NCBI GenBank assembly: GCA_963845185.1
Contig: CAWJRG010000009.1
Location: 480,001 to 544,000, forward strand
DNA: 64,000 bases
Source: an uncultured bacterium
GTDB lineage: Bacteria; Oederibacteriota; PGYV01; CAWJRG01
Direction of reading: 5' to 3'
The position numbers were made by a program, and so were the translations under genes. The notes beneath the pieces are model-generated. The model did no database searches, was not told where the DNA came from, and saw only the letters and a list, made by a program, of their open reading frames with translations. Of this stretch, positions 1 to 14,300 are shown in pieces; within the stretch, counting starts at the first letter, position 1; each line of letters starts with the position of its first letter.

Positions 1-3000
1 AGACTTCAACAGCGATAGTAGTAGCAACGCAGACAGCGGCGGTTCAGCAGACGCAGACTGAGGTAGCGAATGAAACAGCAACAGCAGCAGTACAGCAGAC
101 ACAAACAGAAGTAGCAAATGAGACAGCTACGGCAATAGTAGTAGCAACACAGACAGCAGCGGTCCAGCAGACACAAACCGAGGTAGCAAACGAGACCGCT
201 ACAGCGATAGTAGTAGCAACACAGACAGCAGCAGTCCAGCAAACGCAGACTGAGGTAGCAAACGAGACCGCAACGGCGATAGTAGTAGCAACACAGACAG
301 CAGCAGTCCAGCAAACGCAGACCGAGGTAGCGCAAGAAACAGCAACAGCAGCAGTACAGCAGACACAAACAGAAGTAGCAAATGAGACAGCTACGGCGAT
401 AGTAGTAGCAACACAGACAGCAGCAGTCCAGCAAACGCAGACTGAGGTAGCAAACGAGACCGCAACAGCGATAGAAGTAGCAACACAGACAGCAGCGGTC
501 CAGCAGACACAGACCGAAGTAGCAAACGAGACCGCAACAGCGATAGTAGTAGCAACACAGACAGCAGCGGTCCAGCAGACACAGACCGAAGTAGCAAACG
601 AGACCGCTACAGCGATAGTAGTAGCAACACAGACAGCTGCGGTCCAGCAGACACAAACAGAAGTAGCAAATGAGACAGCTACGGCAATAGTAGTAGCAAC
701 ACAGACAGCTGCAGTCCAGCAGACGCAGACTGAAGTAGCGAATGAGACAGCAACAGCGATAGTAGTAGCAACGCAGACAGCAGCAGTCCAGCAGACGCAG
801 ACTGAAATAGCGAATGAGACAGCAACAGCGATAGTAGTAGCTACGCAGACAGCGGCAATGCAGCAGACGCAGACTGAAATAGCGAATGAAACCGCTACAG
901 CGATAGTAGTAGAGACATCGACAGCAGCGGTCCAGCAGACGCAGACTGAAGTAGCGAATGAGACTTCAACAGCGATAGTAGTAGCAACACAGACAGCAGC
1001 AGTCCAGCAAACGCAGACTGAGGTAGCAAACGAGACCGCAACAGCAATAGTAGTAGCAACACAGACAGCAGCAGTCCAGCAAACGCAGACCGAGGTAGCG
1101 CAAGAAACAGCAACAGCAGCAGTACAGCAGACACAAACAGAAATAGCGAATGAGACAGCTACGGCGATAGTAGTAGCAACACAGACAGCAGCAGTCCAGC
1201 AAACGCAGACTGAGGTAGCAAACGAGACCGCAACAGCGATAGAAGTAGCAACACAGACAGCGGCAGTCCAGCAGACGCAGACTGAAGTAGCAAACGAGAC
1301 CGCAACAGCAATAGTAGTAGCAACACAGACAGCAGCAGTGCAGCAGACACAGACTGAAATAGCGAATGAGACAGCTACAGCGATAGTAGTAGCAACACAG
1401 ACAGCTGCAGTGCAACAGACGCAGACTGAGGTAGCAAACGAGACCGCAACAGCAATAGTAGTAGCAACACAAACAGCTGCAGTGCAACAGACGCAGACTG
1501 AAGTAGCGAACGAGACAGCTACAGCGATAGTAGTAGCAACGCAGACAGCAGCAGTGCAGCAGACGCAGACTGAGGTAGCGAACGAGACAGCTACAGCGAT
1601 AGTAGTAGCAACGCAGACAGCGGCGGTTCAGCAGACGCAGACTGAGGTAGCAAATGAGACAGCTACAGCGATAGTAGTAGAGACATCGACAGCAGCGGTC
1701 CAGCAGACGCAGACTGAAGTAGCGAATGAGACTTCAACAGCGATAGTAGTAGCAACGCAGACAGCGGCGGTTCAGCAGACACAGACCGAGGTAGCAAACG
1801 AGACCGCAACAGCGATAGTAGTAGCAACACAGACAGCGGCAGTCCAGCAGACGCAGACTGAAGTAGCAAACGAGACCGCAACAGCAATAGTAGTAGCAAC
1901 ACAGACAGCAGCGGTCCAGCAGACACAGACCGAGGTAGCAAACGAGACCGCAACAGCGATAGTAGTAGCGACACAGACAGCGGCAGTCCAGCAGACGCAG
2001 ACTGAAGTAGCAAACGAGACCGCAACAGCAATAGTAGTAGCAACACAGACAGCAGCAGTGCAGCAGACGCAGACTGAAATAGCGAATGAGACAGCTACAG
2101 CGATAGTAGTAGCAACACAGACAGCGGCGGTTCAGCAGACGCAGACTGAGGTAGCGAATGAAACAGCAACAGCAGCAGTACAGCAGACACAAACAGAAGT
2201 AGCAAATGAGACAGCTACGGCAATAGTAGTAGCAACACAGACAGCAGCGGTCCAGCAGACACAAACCGAGGTAGCAAACGAGACCGCAACAGCGATAGTA
2301 GTAGCGACACAGACAGCGGCAATCCAGCAGACAGAGACTGAAGTAGCAAACGAGACCGCAACAGCAATAGTAGTAGCAACACAGACAGCAGCGGTCCAGC
2401 AGACGCAGACTGAAGTAGCGAATGAGACAGCAACAGCGATAGTAGTAGCAACGCAGACAGCTGCAGTGCAACAGACACAGACTGAGGTAGCAAACGAGAC
2501 CGCTACAGCGATAGTAGTAGCAACGCAGACAGCTGCAGTGCAACAGACACAGACTGAGGTAGCAAACGAGACCGCTACAGCGATAGTAGTAGAGACACAG
2601 ACAGCTGCAGTCCAGCAGACGCAGACTGAAATAGCGAATGAAACCGCTACAGCGATAGTAGTAGCAACACAGACAGCTGCAGTCCAGCAGACGCAGACTG
2701 AGGTAGCAAACGAGACCGCTACAGCGATAGTAGTAGAGACATCGACAGCTGCAGTCCAGCAGACACAGACTGAGGTAGCAAACGAGACCGCTACGGCAAT
2801 AGTAGTAGCAACACAGACAGCTGCAGTCCAGCAGACGCAGACTGAGGTAGCGAATGAGACCGCAACAGCGATAGTAGTAGCAACGCAGACAGCAGCAGTG
2901 CAACAGACACAGACTGAGGTAGCAAACGAGACCGCAACAGCAATAGTAGTAGCAACACAGACAGCAGCAGTCCAGCAGACGCAGACTGAAATAGCAAATG

Positions 3001-5340
3001 AGACCGCTACAGCGATAGTAGTAGAGACATCGACAGCAGCGGTCCAGCAGACGCAGACTGAAGTAGCGAATGAGACCGCTACAGCGATAGTAGTAGAGAC
3101 ACAGACAGCAGCGGTCCAGCAGACGCAGACTGAAATAGCGAATGAGACCGCTACAGCGATAGTAGTAGCAACACAGACAGCTGCAATCCAGCAGACAGAG
3201 ACTGAAGTAGCGAATGAAACCGCTACAGCGATAGTAGTAGAGACATCGACAGCAGCGGTCCAGCAGACGCAGACTGAAATAGCGAATGAGACCGCAACAG
3301 CGATAGTAGTAGAGACACAAACAGCTGCAGTGCAACAAACGCAGACTGAGGTAGCAAACGAGACCGCAACAGCAATAGTAGTAGCAACACAGACAGCAGC
3401 GGTCCAGCAGACGCAGACTGAGGTAGCAAATGAGACCGCAACAGCGATAGTAGTAGCAACGCAGACAGCAGCAGTCCAGCAGACGCAGACTGAAGTAGCA
3501 AACGAGACCGCTACAGCGATAGTAGTAGAGACATCGACAGCAGCGGTCCAGCAGACGCAGACTGAAGTAGCAAACGAGACCGCAACAGCAATAGTAGTAG
3601 CTACGCAGACAGCGGCAATCCAGCAGACGCAGACTGAAATAGCAAACGAGACCGCTACAGCGATAGTAGTAGCAACACAGACAGCGGCGGTTCAGCAGAC
3701 GCAGACTGAGGTAGCGAATGAAACAGCAACAGCAGCAGTGCAGCAGACGCAGACTGAAGTAGCGAATGAGACAGCAACAGCGATAGTAGTAGCTACGCAG
3801 ACAGCGGCAATCCAGCAGACAGAGACTGAAGTAGCAAACGAGACCGCTACAGCGATAGTAGTAGCTACGCAGACAGCGGCAATCCAGCAGACAGAGACTG
3901 AAGTAGCAAACGAGACCGCTACAGCGATAGTAGTAGCAACGCAGACAGCTGCAGTGCAACAGACACAGACTGAGGTAGCAAACGAGACCGCTACAGCGAT
4001 AGTAGTAGAGACACAGACAGCTGCAGTCCAGCAGACACAGACTGAGGTAGCAAACGAGACCGCTACAGCGATAGTAGTAGAGACATCGACAGCTGCAGTC
4101 CAGCAGACGCAGACTGAAATAGCGAATGAAACCGCTACAGCGATAGTAGTAGAGACATCGACAGCAGCGGTCCAGCAGACGCAGACTGAAATAGCAAACG
4201 AGACCGCAACAGCGATAGTAGTAGCAACGCAGACAGCTGCAGTGCAACAGACACAGACTGAGGTAGCAAACGAGACCGCTACAGCGATAGTAGTAGAGAC
4301 ATCGACAGCAGCGGTCCAGCAGACGCAGACTGAAATAGCGAATGAGACCGCTACAGCGATAGTAGTAGAGACATCGACAGCAGCGGTCCAGCAGACACAA
4401 ACAGAAGTAGCAAATGAGACAGCTACGGCAATAGTAGTAGCAACACAGACAGCAGCAGTGCAGCAGACGCAGACTGAAATAGCGAATGAGACAGCAACAG
4501 CGATAGTAGTAGCTACGCAGACAGCGGCAATCCAGCAGACAGAGACTGAAGTAGCAAACGAGACCGCTACAGCGATAGTAGTAGCAACACAGACAGCTGC
4601 AGTCCAGCAGACGCAGACTGAAATAGCGAATGAGACCGCTACAGCGATAGTAGTAGCAACACAGACAGCTGCAGTCCAGCAGACGCAGACTGAAATAGCG
4701 AATGAAACCGCTACAGCGATAGTAGTAGAGACATCGACAGCAGCGGTCCAGCAGACGCAGACTGAAATAGCGAATGAGACCGCTACAGCAATAGTAGTAG
4801 AGACACAAACAGCTGCAGTGCAGCAGACGCAGACTGAAGTAGCGAACGAGACCGCTACAGCGATAGTAGTAGAGACATCGACAGCAGCGGTCCAGCAGAC
4901 ACAGACCGAGGTAGCAAACGAGACCGCTACAGCGATAGTAGTAGAGACACAGACAGCTGCAGTCCAGCAGACGCAGACTGAAATAGCAAATGAGACCGCA
5001 ACAGCGATAGTAGTAGCAACGCAGACAGCGGCAGTCCAGCAGACAGAGACTGAAGTAGCAAACGAGACCGCTACAGCGATAGTAGTAGAGACATCGACAG
5101 CAGCGGTCCAGCAGACGCAGACTGAAATAGCAAACGAGACCGCAACAGCGATAGTAGTAGCAACGCAGACAGCTGCAGTGCAACAAACGCAGACTGAGAT
5201 AGCAAACGAGACCGCAACAGCAATAGTAGTAGCAACACAGACAGCAGCAGTCCAGCAAACACAAACAGAATTAGTACAGGAGACACAAACAGCAATCATA
5301 CAAGCTACACAAACAGCTATAGTTCAGGCTACGCAGACAG
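1..5340 (+). repeat. Coding tandem repeat block 1: 72-bp unit (QQTQTEVA-NETATAIV-VATQTAAV) with 48-bp variants
   Basis: Directly visible; units differ mainly at synonymous sites and by whole 24-bp octads. Confidence 0.95.
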
Positions 5341-8300
5341 CTTTGGCGGGTCCGCTGATAGTAAATGTTGACGCTGACGACGACGGGTTGCCTGGCAGTG
5401 TAACCCCAGGGGCCAATACTTTAAGGCAATGCATAAATGAGGCTAACACCAGAACAGGACCGGTATCAATATCTTTTGACACGATTATCGCGGGCACAAC
5501 AATAACTTTAACAACCGGTGATTTGCCGCTTATTTCTAACGCAAACATTACTTTGACAATCGATGGCGGGAATAATAATATTACTATAAACGGCAATGGC
5601 AATAATATATTTAATATAACCTCAAACAATAACGTCATATATAACTTGGCAATGATAAACGGCATTCAGGGCGTCCTGATAAGCGGAACAGGCGCGTACA
5701 GCAATATAATATCCGAATGCAGGATCGGCGTTGACTGGAACAACAACGCTGGGGCCAACACAAATGGTGTGGTTATTAATAATGGAGCGGATGAAAACCA
5801 GATAGGTATGTATGTTTTGGGTATGGCATATGGGAATATTATTTCCAACAATACAAACGATGGCGTACTTATAGACGGGGCAAATGTTAACTGGGTGCTG
5901 AATAATTTTATTGGCACAGATCCAACCGGAATGTCACCTATGCCAAATGGAGCAAATGGCGTGCATTTGACGAACGGAGCATTTAATAATACGATTGGAT
6001 ATTACGACCCGAGTACCGGTAACATGGGGAACTTAATATCAGGCAACGGCTATGATGGGATTTTGATTGAAAACGGTGCTGAAGACACAGGAGTATTTAC
6101 AAATATCATTGGCGGAAACGTAGGCGTATCAACGGAAAATATCGGTTCGGCAGGCACATTGCCGAACGGCTACAACGGAATTGAAATTAGCGGAGTGGAC
6201 GCAGAGGATGACGGCGCTGATTATACAGGCATCGGCAATTACGACCCGGATACCATGGCTTACGATCAGCCGGGCAATACAATAGTAGCCAATGCTAATA
6301 GCGGCATATACGCTACAAACAACTCATCGTGGGTTTATACCGGCGGGAACTCAATAGGCGTAATGTTCGGGAACATGGCTGCGGGAAACGTCCAGGCTGG
6401 AATATCAATTGATTCCAACTCATATGACAACTATATAAATTCAAATTTGATAAGCGGGCAAAGCAGTGAAAACGCCGTGGGTATTGAAATAAACTCTTCA
6501 ACGGGTTGCAATATATATAGTAATATTATAGGGCTTGACGCACCGGCAAGCGTTCCTGTGCCAAACTTCGAAGGAATATACCTTTTAAACGCAAGTAATG
6601 TGCAAGTCGGGCAGCAGGGCAATACAGCGGCTGCCAATATAATAGCAGCGAATATGACACAGGGCATTTTGTTTGACGGCGGAAGTTCTAATGGAATATA
6701 TGGAAATTATATAGGCACAGACTTATATCTGGATTCCGGCCTGGGCAATTCAGAGGGAATAGCATTTATAGATGGAACAACTAACAATGAAGTTGGAGGA
6801 GGCGTAGGTTCGGGCGATGAAAATTATATACTGTATAACACTGTAAAAGGGATACAGATAGGCAGCAGCGCGTCAGATATAGGGACAATGTTCAATTATA
6901 TTAATTCAAATTATATTTCCGGCAATAACGGGCTTGGAATAGACCTTGGCAATGACAGCATAACGGTCAACGGTAGTGAAACGCCGCCGGGGCCGAATAA
7001 CTGGACATATTACCCGACAATCGCCAATGCATATATGTCAGGGCCGAATACTTTGCATATTGACGGCGACACAAATATCACGGATGGAAATAATATGGGC
7101 GTCGTCATCGGGATATCCGACAATGACGGGCAACTGGGCAGCGATAATATGAACCACGGCGAAAGCCCGCAACCGCTTGCCTATGTGGCTGTGACAGGCG
7201 GCACATTCAGCGTTGATATAGACACAAGCGCATTTGGCGATTTATCAGGCATGGCAATAACAAGTTATAATATACATAATAACGGTTCTTCGGAATTCTC
7301 GGCAAATATGACGATATTATCTGCACCAGTAGCTACACAGACAGAGGTGGCGAATGAGACAGCTACAGCAATAGTGCAAGCTACACAAACAGCTGTGGTA
7401 CAGGCAACGCAGACCGCGGTAGTAGCGGGTACACAGACGGCAGTAGTAGTAGCAACACAGACTGAGGTAGCGAATGAGACAGCAACAGCAATCATACAGG
7501 CAACGCAGACAGCGGCAGTGCAGCAGACACAAACAGAAGTAGCGAACGAAACAGCTACAGCGATAGTGGTAGCGACGCAAACAGCTGCGATACAACAGAC
7601 GCAGACCGAGATAGCAAATGAGACTGCGACAGCGATTGTAGTAGCAACGCAGACAGCTGCGGTACAGCAGACGCAAACAGAAGTAGCGAATGAGACAGCT
7701 ACAGCAGCAGTCCAGCAAACGCAGACTGAGGTAGCGAATGAGACAGCTACCGCAATAGTAGTAGCAACACAGACAGCAGCGGTCCAACAGACACAGACAG
7801 AAGTAGCGAATGAGACAGCTACAGCGATAGTAGTAGCAACGCAGACGGCTGCAGTCCAGCAAACACAGACAGAAATAGCGAATGAGACATCAACAATAGT
7901 TGCACAGGCGACACAGACAGCAGCGGTCCAGCAGACACAAACAGAAGTAGCGAACGAAACAGCTACAGCGATAGTGGTAGCGACGCAAACAGCTGCGATA
8001 CAACAGACGCAGACCGAGATAGCAAATGAGACTGCGACAGCGATTGTAGTAGCAACGCAGACAGCTGCGGTACAGCAGACGCAAACAGAAGTAGCGAATG
8101 AGACAGCTACAGCGGCAGTCCAGCAAACGCAGACTGAGGTAGCGAATGAGACAGCTACCGCAATAGTAGTAGCAACACAGACAGCAGCGGTCCAACAGAC
8201 ACAGACAGAAGTAGCGAATGAGACAGCTACAGCGATAGTAGTAGCAACGCAGACGGCTGCAGTCCAGCAAACACAGACAGAAATAGCGAATGAGACATCA

Positions 8301-11300
8301 ACAATAGTTGCACAGGCGACACAGACAGCAGCGGTCCAGCAGACACAAACAGAAGTAGCGAACGAAACAGCTACAGCGATAGTGGTAGCGACGCAAACAG
8401 CTGCGATACAACAGACGCAGACCGAGATAGCAAATGAGACTGCGACAGCGATTGTAGTAGCAACGCAGACAGCTGCGGTACAGCAGACGCAAACAGAAGT
8501 AGCGAATGAGACAGCTACAGCGGCAGTCCAGCAAACACAAACAGAAGTAGCGAATGAGACAGCTACAGCGGCAGCCCAGCAAACACAAACAGAAGTAGCA
8601 AACGAGACCGCAACAGCAATAGTAGTAGCAACGCAGACAGCTGCAGTGCAACAAACGCAGACTGAGATAGCAAACGAGACCGCAACAGCAATAGTAGTAG
8701 CAACACAGACAGCAGCAGTGCAGCAGACGCAGACTGAAATAGCGAATGAGACCGCAACAGCGATAGTAGTAGCAACGCAGACAGCTGCAGTGCAACAGAC
8801 ACAGACTGAAGTAGCAAACGAGACCGCAACAGCAATAGTAGTAGCAACACAGACAGCTGCAGTCCAGCAGACGCAGACTGAAGTAGCGAATGAGACAGCT
8901 ACCGCGATAGTAGTAGCAACACAGACAGCGGCAGTACAGCAGACGCAGACTGAAGTAGCGAATGAGACTTCAACAGCGATAGTAGTAGCAACACAGACAG
9001 CAGCAGTGCAGCAGACACAGACTGAAGTAGCGAATGAGACAGCTACAGCGATAGTAGTAGCAACACAGACAGCGGCAGTCCAGCAGACGCAGACTGAAGT
9101 AGCGAATGAGACTTCAACAGCGATAGTAGTAGCAACACAGACAGCAGCAGTGCAGCAGACACAGACTGAAGTAGCGAATGAGACAGCTACAGCGATAGTA
9201 GTAGCAACACAGACAGCGGCAGTCCAGCAGACGCAAACAGAAGTAGCGAATGAGACAGCTACAGCAGCAGTACAGCAAACGCAGACTGAGGTAGCGAATG
9301 AAACAGCTACAGCAATAGTAGTAGCAACGCAGACAGCAGCAGTCCAGCAAACGCAGACTGAGGTAGCAAACGAGACCGCAACAGCGATAGTAGTAGCGAC
9401 ACAGACAGCTGCAGTCCAACAGACAGAGACTGAAGTAGCGAATGAGACAGCTACAGCGATTGTGCAAGCAACGCAGACAGCTGCAGTCCAGCAGACAGAG
9501 ACTGAAGTAGCAAACGAGACCGCAACAGCAATAGTAGTAGCAACACAGACAGCTGCAGTCCAGCAGACGCAGACTGAAGTAGCGAATGAGACAGCTACAG
9601 CGATAGTAGTAGCAACGCAGACAGCAGCAGTCCAGCAGACAGAGACTGAAGTAGCGAATGAGACAGCTACAGCGATTGTGCAAGCAACACAGACAGCAGC
9701 GGTCCAGCAGACGCAAACCGAAGTAGCTAATGAGACTTCAACAGCGATAGTAGTGGCTACGCAGACAGCAGCAGTCCAGCAGACACAGACCGAGGTAGCC
9801 AACGAGACCGCAACAGCAATAGTAATAGCGACAAATACAGAGATAGCAAATGAGACAGCTACAGCAATCATACAAGGTACACAGACAGCAGTGGTCCAGC
9901 AGACGCAGACAGAGATAGCGAACGAGACAGCTACTGAACAGTCAAATGAAACGGCTACCCAGGCAGCGGCGTCTCCGACTATAACAATGACGGAAACAGT
10001 AACGCTTACAATTACAATAACTCCGACATATACAATAACAGAAACAATAACAGTATCGCCGACCACAACGCAGACAAAGACATACATACAATCCTGCTGG
10101 GACAGCAATACACTGCACCACTGGGATTGTTTTAATACATCAGGCGGCAAGCTTGTTGACGATTTGGCAGGTGCAAACGCGCCTATAACAGGCACGCTGG
10201 CGTTCTCAAATACAATAGTGCCTCCGCACGCGTGGGCAGTTGGAAGCTGCTCGGCGCAGTCAAACGTGAGCAATTATTTCAGCCTGCCGATAAACGACGA
10301 GATGGCAGGCATGACCGCGTTCCAGATAGACTTTGACGTGTACATGCAGGCATCAGCAGACCAGTTCCAGGGATTCTTCTCAAAAGGCACGTATTATGAC
10401 GGGAACAGGTTTGAAAGCGACATGGACACAAGCACAGGTAACTGGAGATACTTCATAACCGGCCAGGGCGGGCAGGTAATGTCAGATGTATGGGACGCGG
10501 GCACGCAGGACAGCACGTGGCACCATGTCATAATAAGCTGGGACGGGACGAACTTCAACGGGTACTGGGACGGGATACATTATATAGTAAACGTGCCGTC
10601 AGGGAACCCGTTCGTTAATGGAGATACCAATACATGGAACTGGGCAATAGCAGACGCGTCATTTGTAGGCGGGAACCTTACATTTAAGGGTTACGTATCA
10701 GAAATAATAATATCAAACAAAGACAGGGGCGGAGTGGCCAATGCGCCGGTATGCGCGTACCCGACATTCACCATGACAAGGACCATAACGCCGAACGTAT
10801 CAGCGACAGCGACGCCTTCTATTACGCTTACACAGACACAGGTAATATCGGCAACACCGACATACACGGCGACAGGGACAGAGACGGAATTTGTGTCTGA
10901 AACGACTACATACACGGCAACCGAATCGCCGATAGCATCTGAAACTCCGACATATACAATAACGCAGACAATCACAGTATCGCCGACCACAACGCAGACA
11001 AAGACCTATATACAATCCTGCTGGGACAGCCATACCCTGCACCACTGGAATTGCTATAATACATCAGGCGGCGCGCTTGTGGACGACATTGCAGGAGCAA
11101 ACGCCACAATAGCAGGCACGCTGGCGTTCTCAAGCGGCATATTGCCGCCGCATTCGTGGGCAGTGGGAAGCTGCTCGGCGCAGTCAAACGTGAATAATTA
11201 TTTCAGCCTGCCTGTAAACGACGAGATGGCAGGCATGACCGCGTTCCAGATAGACTTTGACGTGTACATGCAGGCATCAGCAGACCAGTTCCAGGCATTT

Positions 11301-14300
11301 TTCGCAAAAGGCACGTATTATGACGGGAACAGGTTTGAAAGCGATATTGACACGAGCAGCGGTAACTGGAGATACTTCGTAACATATGAGGGCGGGCAGG
11401 TTACATCCGACGTATGGGACGCTGGCACACAGGACAGCACGTGGCACCATGTCATAATAAGCTGGGACGGCGCGAATTTCAACGGGTACTGGGACGGGAC
11501 ACATTATATAGTAAATGTGCCGTCAGGGAACCCGTTCGTGACAGGGGATACTACGCTATGGAAGTGGGCAACAGGAGACGCGTCTTTTGTGGGCGGGAAC
11601 CTGGCATTTAACGGCTACATATCAGAAATAACAATATCAAATATAGACAGGAATGGAGCGGCTAACGTGCCGATATGCACGTACCCGACATGGACATATA
11701 CGCAGACAGTAACACCTACATACACAATAACTTCAACAGTGACATCGACAGTAACGAGCACGGTAACAGTGACAAGCACACCCATACTGTCGCTGATTGT
11801 AAATGTTGATTCAGACGAAGACGGCATGCCGGGAAGCGTAACTCCGGGAGACAATACTTTAAGGCAGTGCATAAACGAAGCAAACATCCTTGCCGGGCCC
11901 ATAACAATAACCTTTGACCCAATTATAGCGAACACGACAATAAACATCGGGTCTGATTTGCCGGTTATCTACAACACAAACATTACACTGACTATTGACG
12001 GAGGCAGCAGCGGCATTGTCGTAAACGGCAACAGCAACAGGATATTCAGCATAATCTCAAGCAACAATATAATAGATAACCTTGCAATAGTAGGCGGATA
12101 CTGGGGCGTGTTGATAAGCGGCCAGTCAGGCGCAACCGGAAACATGATATTCGGCTGCAATATCGGCGTTGACTGGAAAAATAATGCCGTGGCAAACCAG
12201 TACGGAGTTGTGCTGGAAAACGGCGCCAGTGAAAACTATATAGGCATGAACAGCGGCTCGGGAATAGCATACGGCAATATTATATCCGGCAACACATACG
12301 ACGGAGTGTATATTGACGGCTCCAGCAATAACTGGGTTGTAAATAACTTCATAGGCACGGATTCTACAGGCATGACAGCCATTCCAAACGGGTATGACGG
12401 AGTGCACCTTGCTGACAGCGCGTACAACAATACAGTCGGATATTATGACCAAACACTCGGGAATATGGGCAACGTAATATCAGGGAACATGGACGACGGA
12501 ATTTATATTGAGAACGGCTCTGAAAATACCGGGGTGTTCGCGAATGTCATAGGCGGAAACGCAGGCGTACTGGTAGGGAACAGCGCCACGGCAGGACAGC
12601 TGGCAAACGGGTATAACGGAGTTGAAATCAGCCAGGTGGACGCCGAAGGCGACGGCGCTGATTACACAGGCATAGGAAATTATAACCCGGACACCGGGCT
12701 GTACGACCAGCCGGGCAACACGATAATGGCCAATACCAGCACAGGCATATATATTTCAAATTATTCGTCAATGGTTTTTGCAGGAAGCAACTCGATAGGC
12801 GTAATTTTCGGAAACACGGCAGCAGGCAACGGCTCGGCCGGAATAGCAATCGACAGCAACGCTTATGATAACTACATACAGTCAAACCTGATAAGCGGGC
12901 AGGGCAATACTGGCGCAGTCGGTATCGGGATTAGCGGCACAAACGGCTACATATACCAGAATATCATAGGGCTCGACTCGTCAATGAGCACAGAGGTGCC
13001 GAATTTTGCAGGTATATACCTTAACGGCGCGAGTTATGTGCAGATAGGCCAGCAGGGCAACGCGGCGTCGGCAAATATAATATCAGGCAACACGACACAG
13101 GGCATTTTACTTGACAACGGGACGGTTTACACCGGGATATACGGCAATTACATAGGTACGGATTCAAATTATGACAATTTCGGCAATGCGCAGGAAGGCA
13201 TAGCAATAATAAACGGCTCGTCCAACAACCAGATAGGCGGCGGCCTGGGCTCGGGCGACGAGAACTATATACTGGACAACCTTACGGGCGGAGTAATTAT
13301 AGGCGCAAGCCCGCTGGACACCGCGGCAGTTGGCAATATGGTGGACTCGAATTATATCTCGAATAATAACGGCCTTGGCATAGACCTTGGCAACGACGGC
13401 ATAACGGTAAACGGCAGCGAACCTGCATCCGGGCCAAATAACTTTGTATATTACCCGGCAATCAACAACGCGCAGATGACAGGACCTGCAACCCTGCATG
13501 TTGACGGCGACACGAATATCACGGACGGCTCGGATATAGGAGTCATCATAGGCATATCAGACAATGACGGCCAGCAGGGCCACGGCGAGTGCATGCATCC
13601 TATTGCATATGTGGACATGACGGCCAATGGAGGCGGAGGGGCGTTCAGCGCTGACATAGACACGAGCGCGATCGGCGATTTATCAGGCCTGACGATTACA
13701 AGCTACAACATTAACAACAGCGGCTCGTCTGAATTCTCGGCAAACGCGGTAGTGCTGGCAATACAGCCGAGCGCAACGAGCACAATAACTGAAACACTTA
13801 CGCCGACTCTGACCATAACAATAACATTAACATCAACATCTACAGAAATAGACACGTCAACCAATACGCCGGTGAACACGGCTACAGCTACGCCTACAGA
13901 GTATGATTCGGCGACAATGACAGTAACAATGACAGCGACATCAACGGAAATAGACACGTCAACCAACACGCCGGTTAATACGGCAACAGCTACGCTGACC
14001 GAGTTTGATTCAGCCACGGTTACATATACAATGACATCGACATCAACCGAAATAGACACGTCAACCAACACGCCGGTTGACACAGCAACAGCTACTCCTA
14101 CAGAGTATGATTCGGCGACAATGACAGTAACAGAGACATGCACCATTGGCGCGACGCCAATGGTGCCTGCAGGCCTGTCAGTGACACAAAGCGGCGCGAA
14201 CACCACGCTCCAGTGGGGCACTGCAGGAGACGCGGTTTCATATAATATTTATATTGCCACAGGCGCAGCTGGCAAGTTCAACACGTTCCCTGGCGCAGGA

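Noticed and set aside
858..860. ATG 858 as the start of the giant protein
   Set aside because: A Met variant within a repeat; the frame is open to the window edge and there is no signal peptide or RBS
1..5340. Regular 72-bp periodicity resembling a CRISPR array
   Set aside because: No unique spacers, fully coding, and no cas genes
6..10273. Long minus-strand ORFs (Cys/Tyr-rich up to 1176 aa; VAVS-rich 535 and 1002 aa)
   Set aside because: Antisense shadows of the stop-poor coding repeat; variation is mostly synonymous in the + frame and there are no credible starts
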